Below the pieces are notes generated by a model. That model ran no database searches. It was given only the letters and a program-made list of their open reading frames with translations, and was not told the origin of the DNA. From a virus, in IMG/VR virus record IMGVR_UViG_3300048930_000242, positions 64,001 through 128,000 of that record: a DNA stretch of 64,000 nt; one strand, 5' to 3'. The first letter of the stretch is position 1. Every line of letters begins with the position of its first letter. A program made the translations under genes and the position numbers. This document shows, piece after piece, positions 63,991-64,000 of the stretch.

Positions 63991-64000
63991 TTAAACTTGG

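Noticed and set aside
1-64000. Genome-wide TAG recoding suggested by the two CUA-like tRNA elements
   Set aside because: Core genes are full length in the standard code, and some genes end in TAG (for example 31528 and 53863); both elements are degenerate and lack CCA

Overview
A 64-kb segment of a large T4-related myophage genome, with most genes on the minus strand. 1-16.7 kb: tail and baseplate module (duplicated fibre-like genes, then gp6, gp25, a gp5 spike lacking lysozyme, gp27/53/48-like, gp4, gp2, gp54, gp26/gp51-like, and a tape measure protein with a lytic transglycosylase domain). 17-21.7 kb: gp32, gp59, gp33 and DHFR. 21.8-58.9 kb: early/accessory region divided by 23 copies of one sigma70-type promoter. 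It carries PhoH, dNMP kinase, an RNA ligase, an NAD salvage pair (NadV plus NadM-Nudix), topoisomerase II, a homing endonuclease and a + strand fibre island. 51.8-64 kb: about 32 tRNAs interleaved with many non-canonical RNAs. Main observations: (i) a -1 frameshift signal (T TTT TTC, 6-nt spacer, hairpin) fusing gp26 to a start-less gp51-like ORF just before the tape measure gene; (ii) a tRNA-Arg(UCU)-like RNA whose D-loop lies 3' of the anticodon arm; (iii) a permuted two-piece tmRNA with an alphaproteobacterial-type tag; (iv) all four Ser tRNAs in the 8/4 fold; (v) a ~900-nt GOLLD-like RNA enclosing a CUA tRNA-like element; (vi) a ~360-nt unassigned RNA and several tRNA-sized non-tRNA structures, one ending in CCA. 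All calls come from reading motifs and base pairing by eye; no database search or folding program was run.
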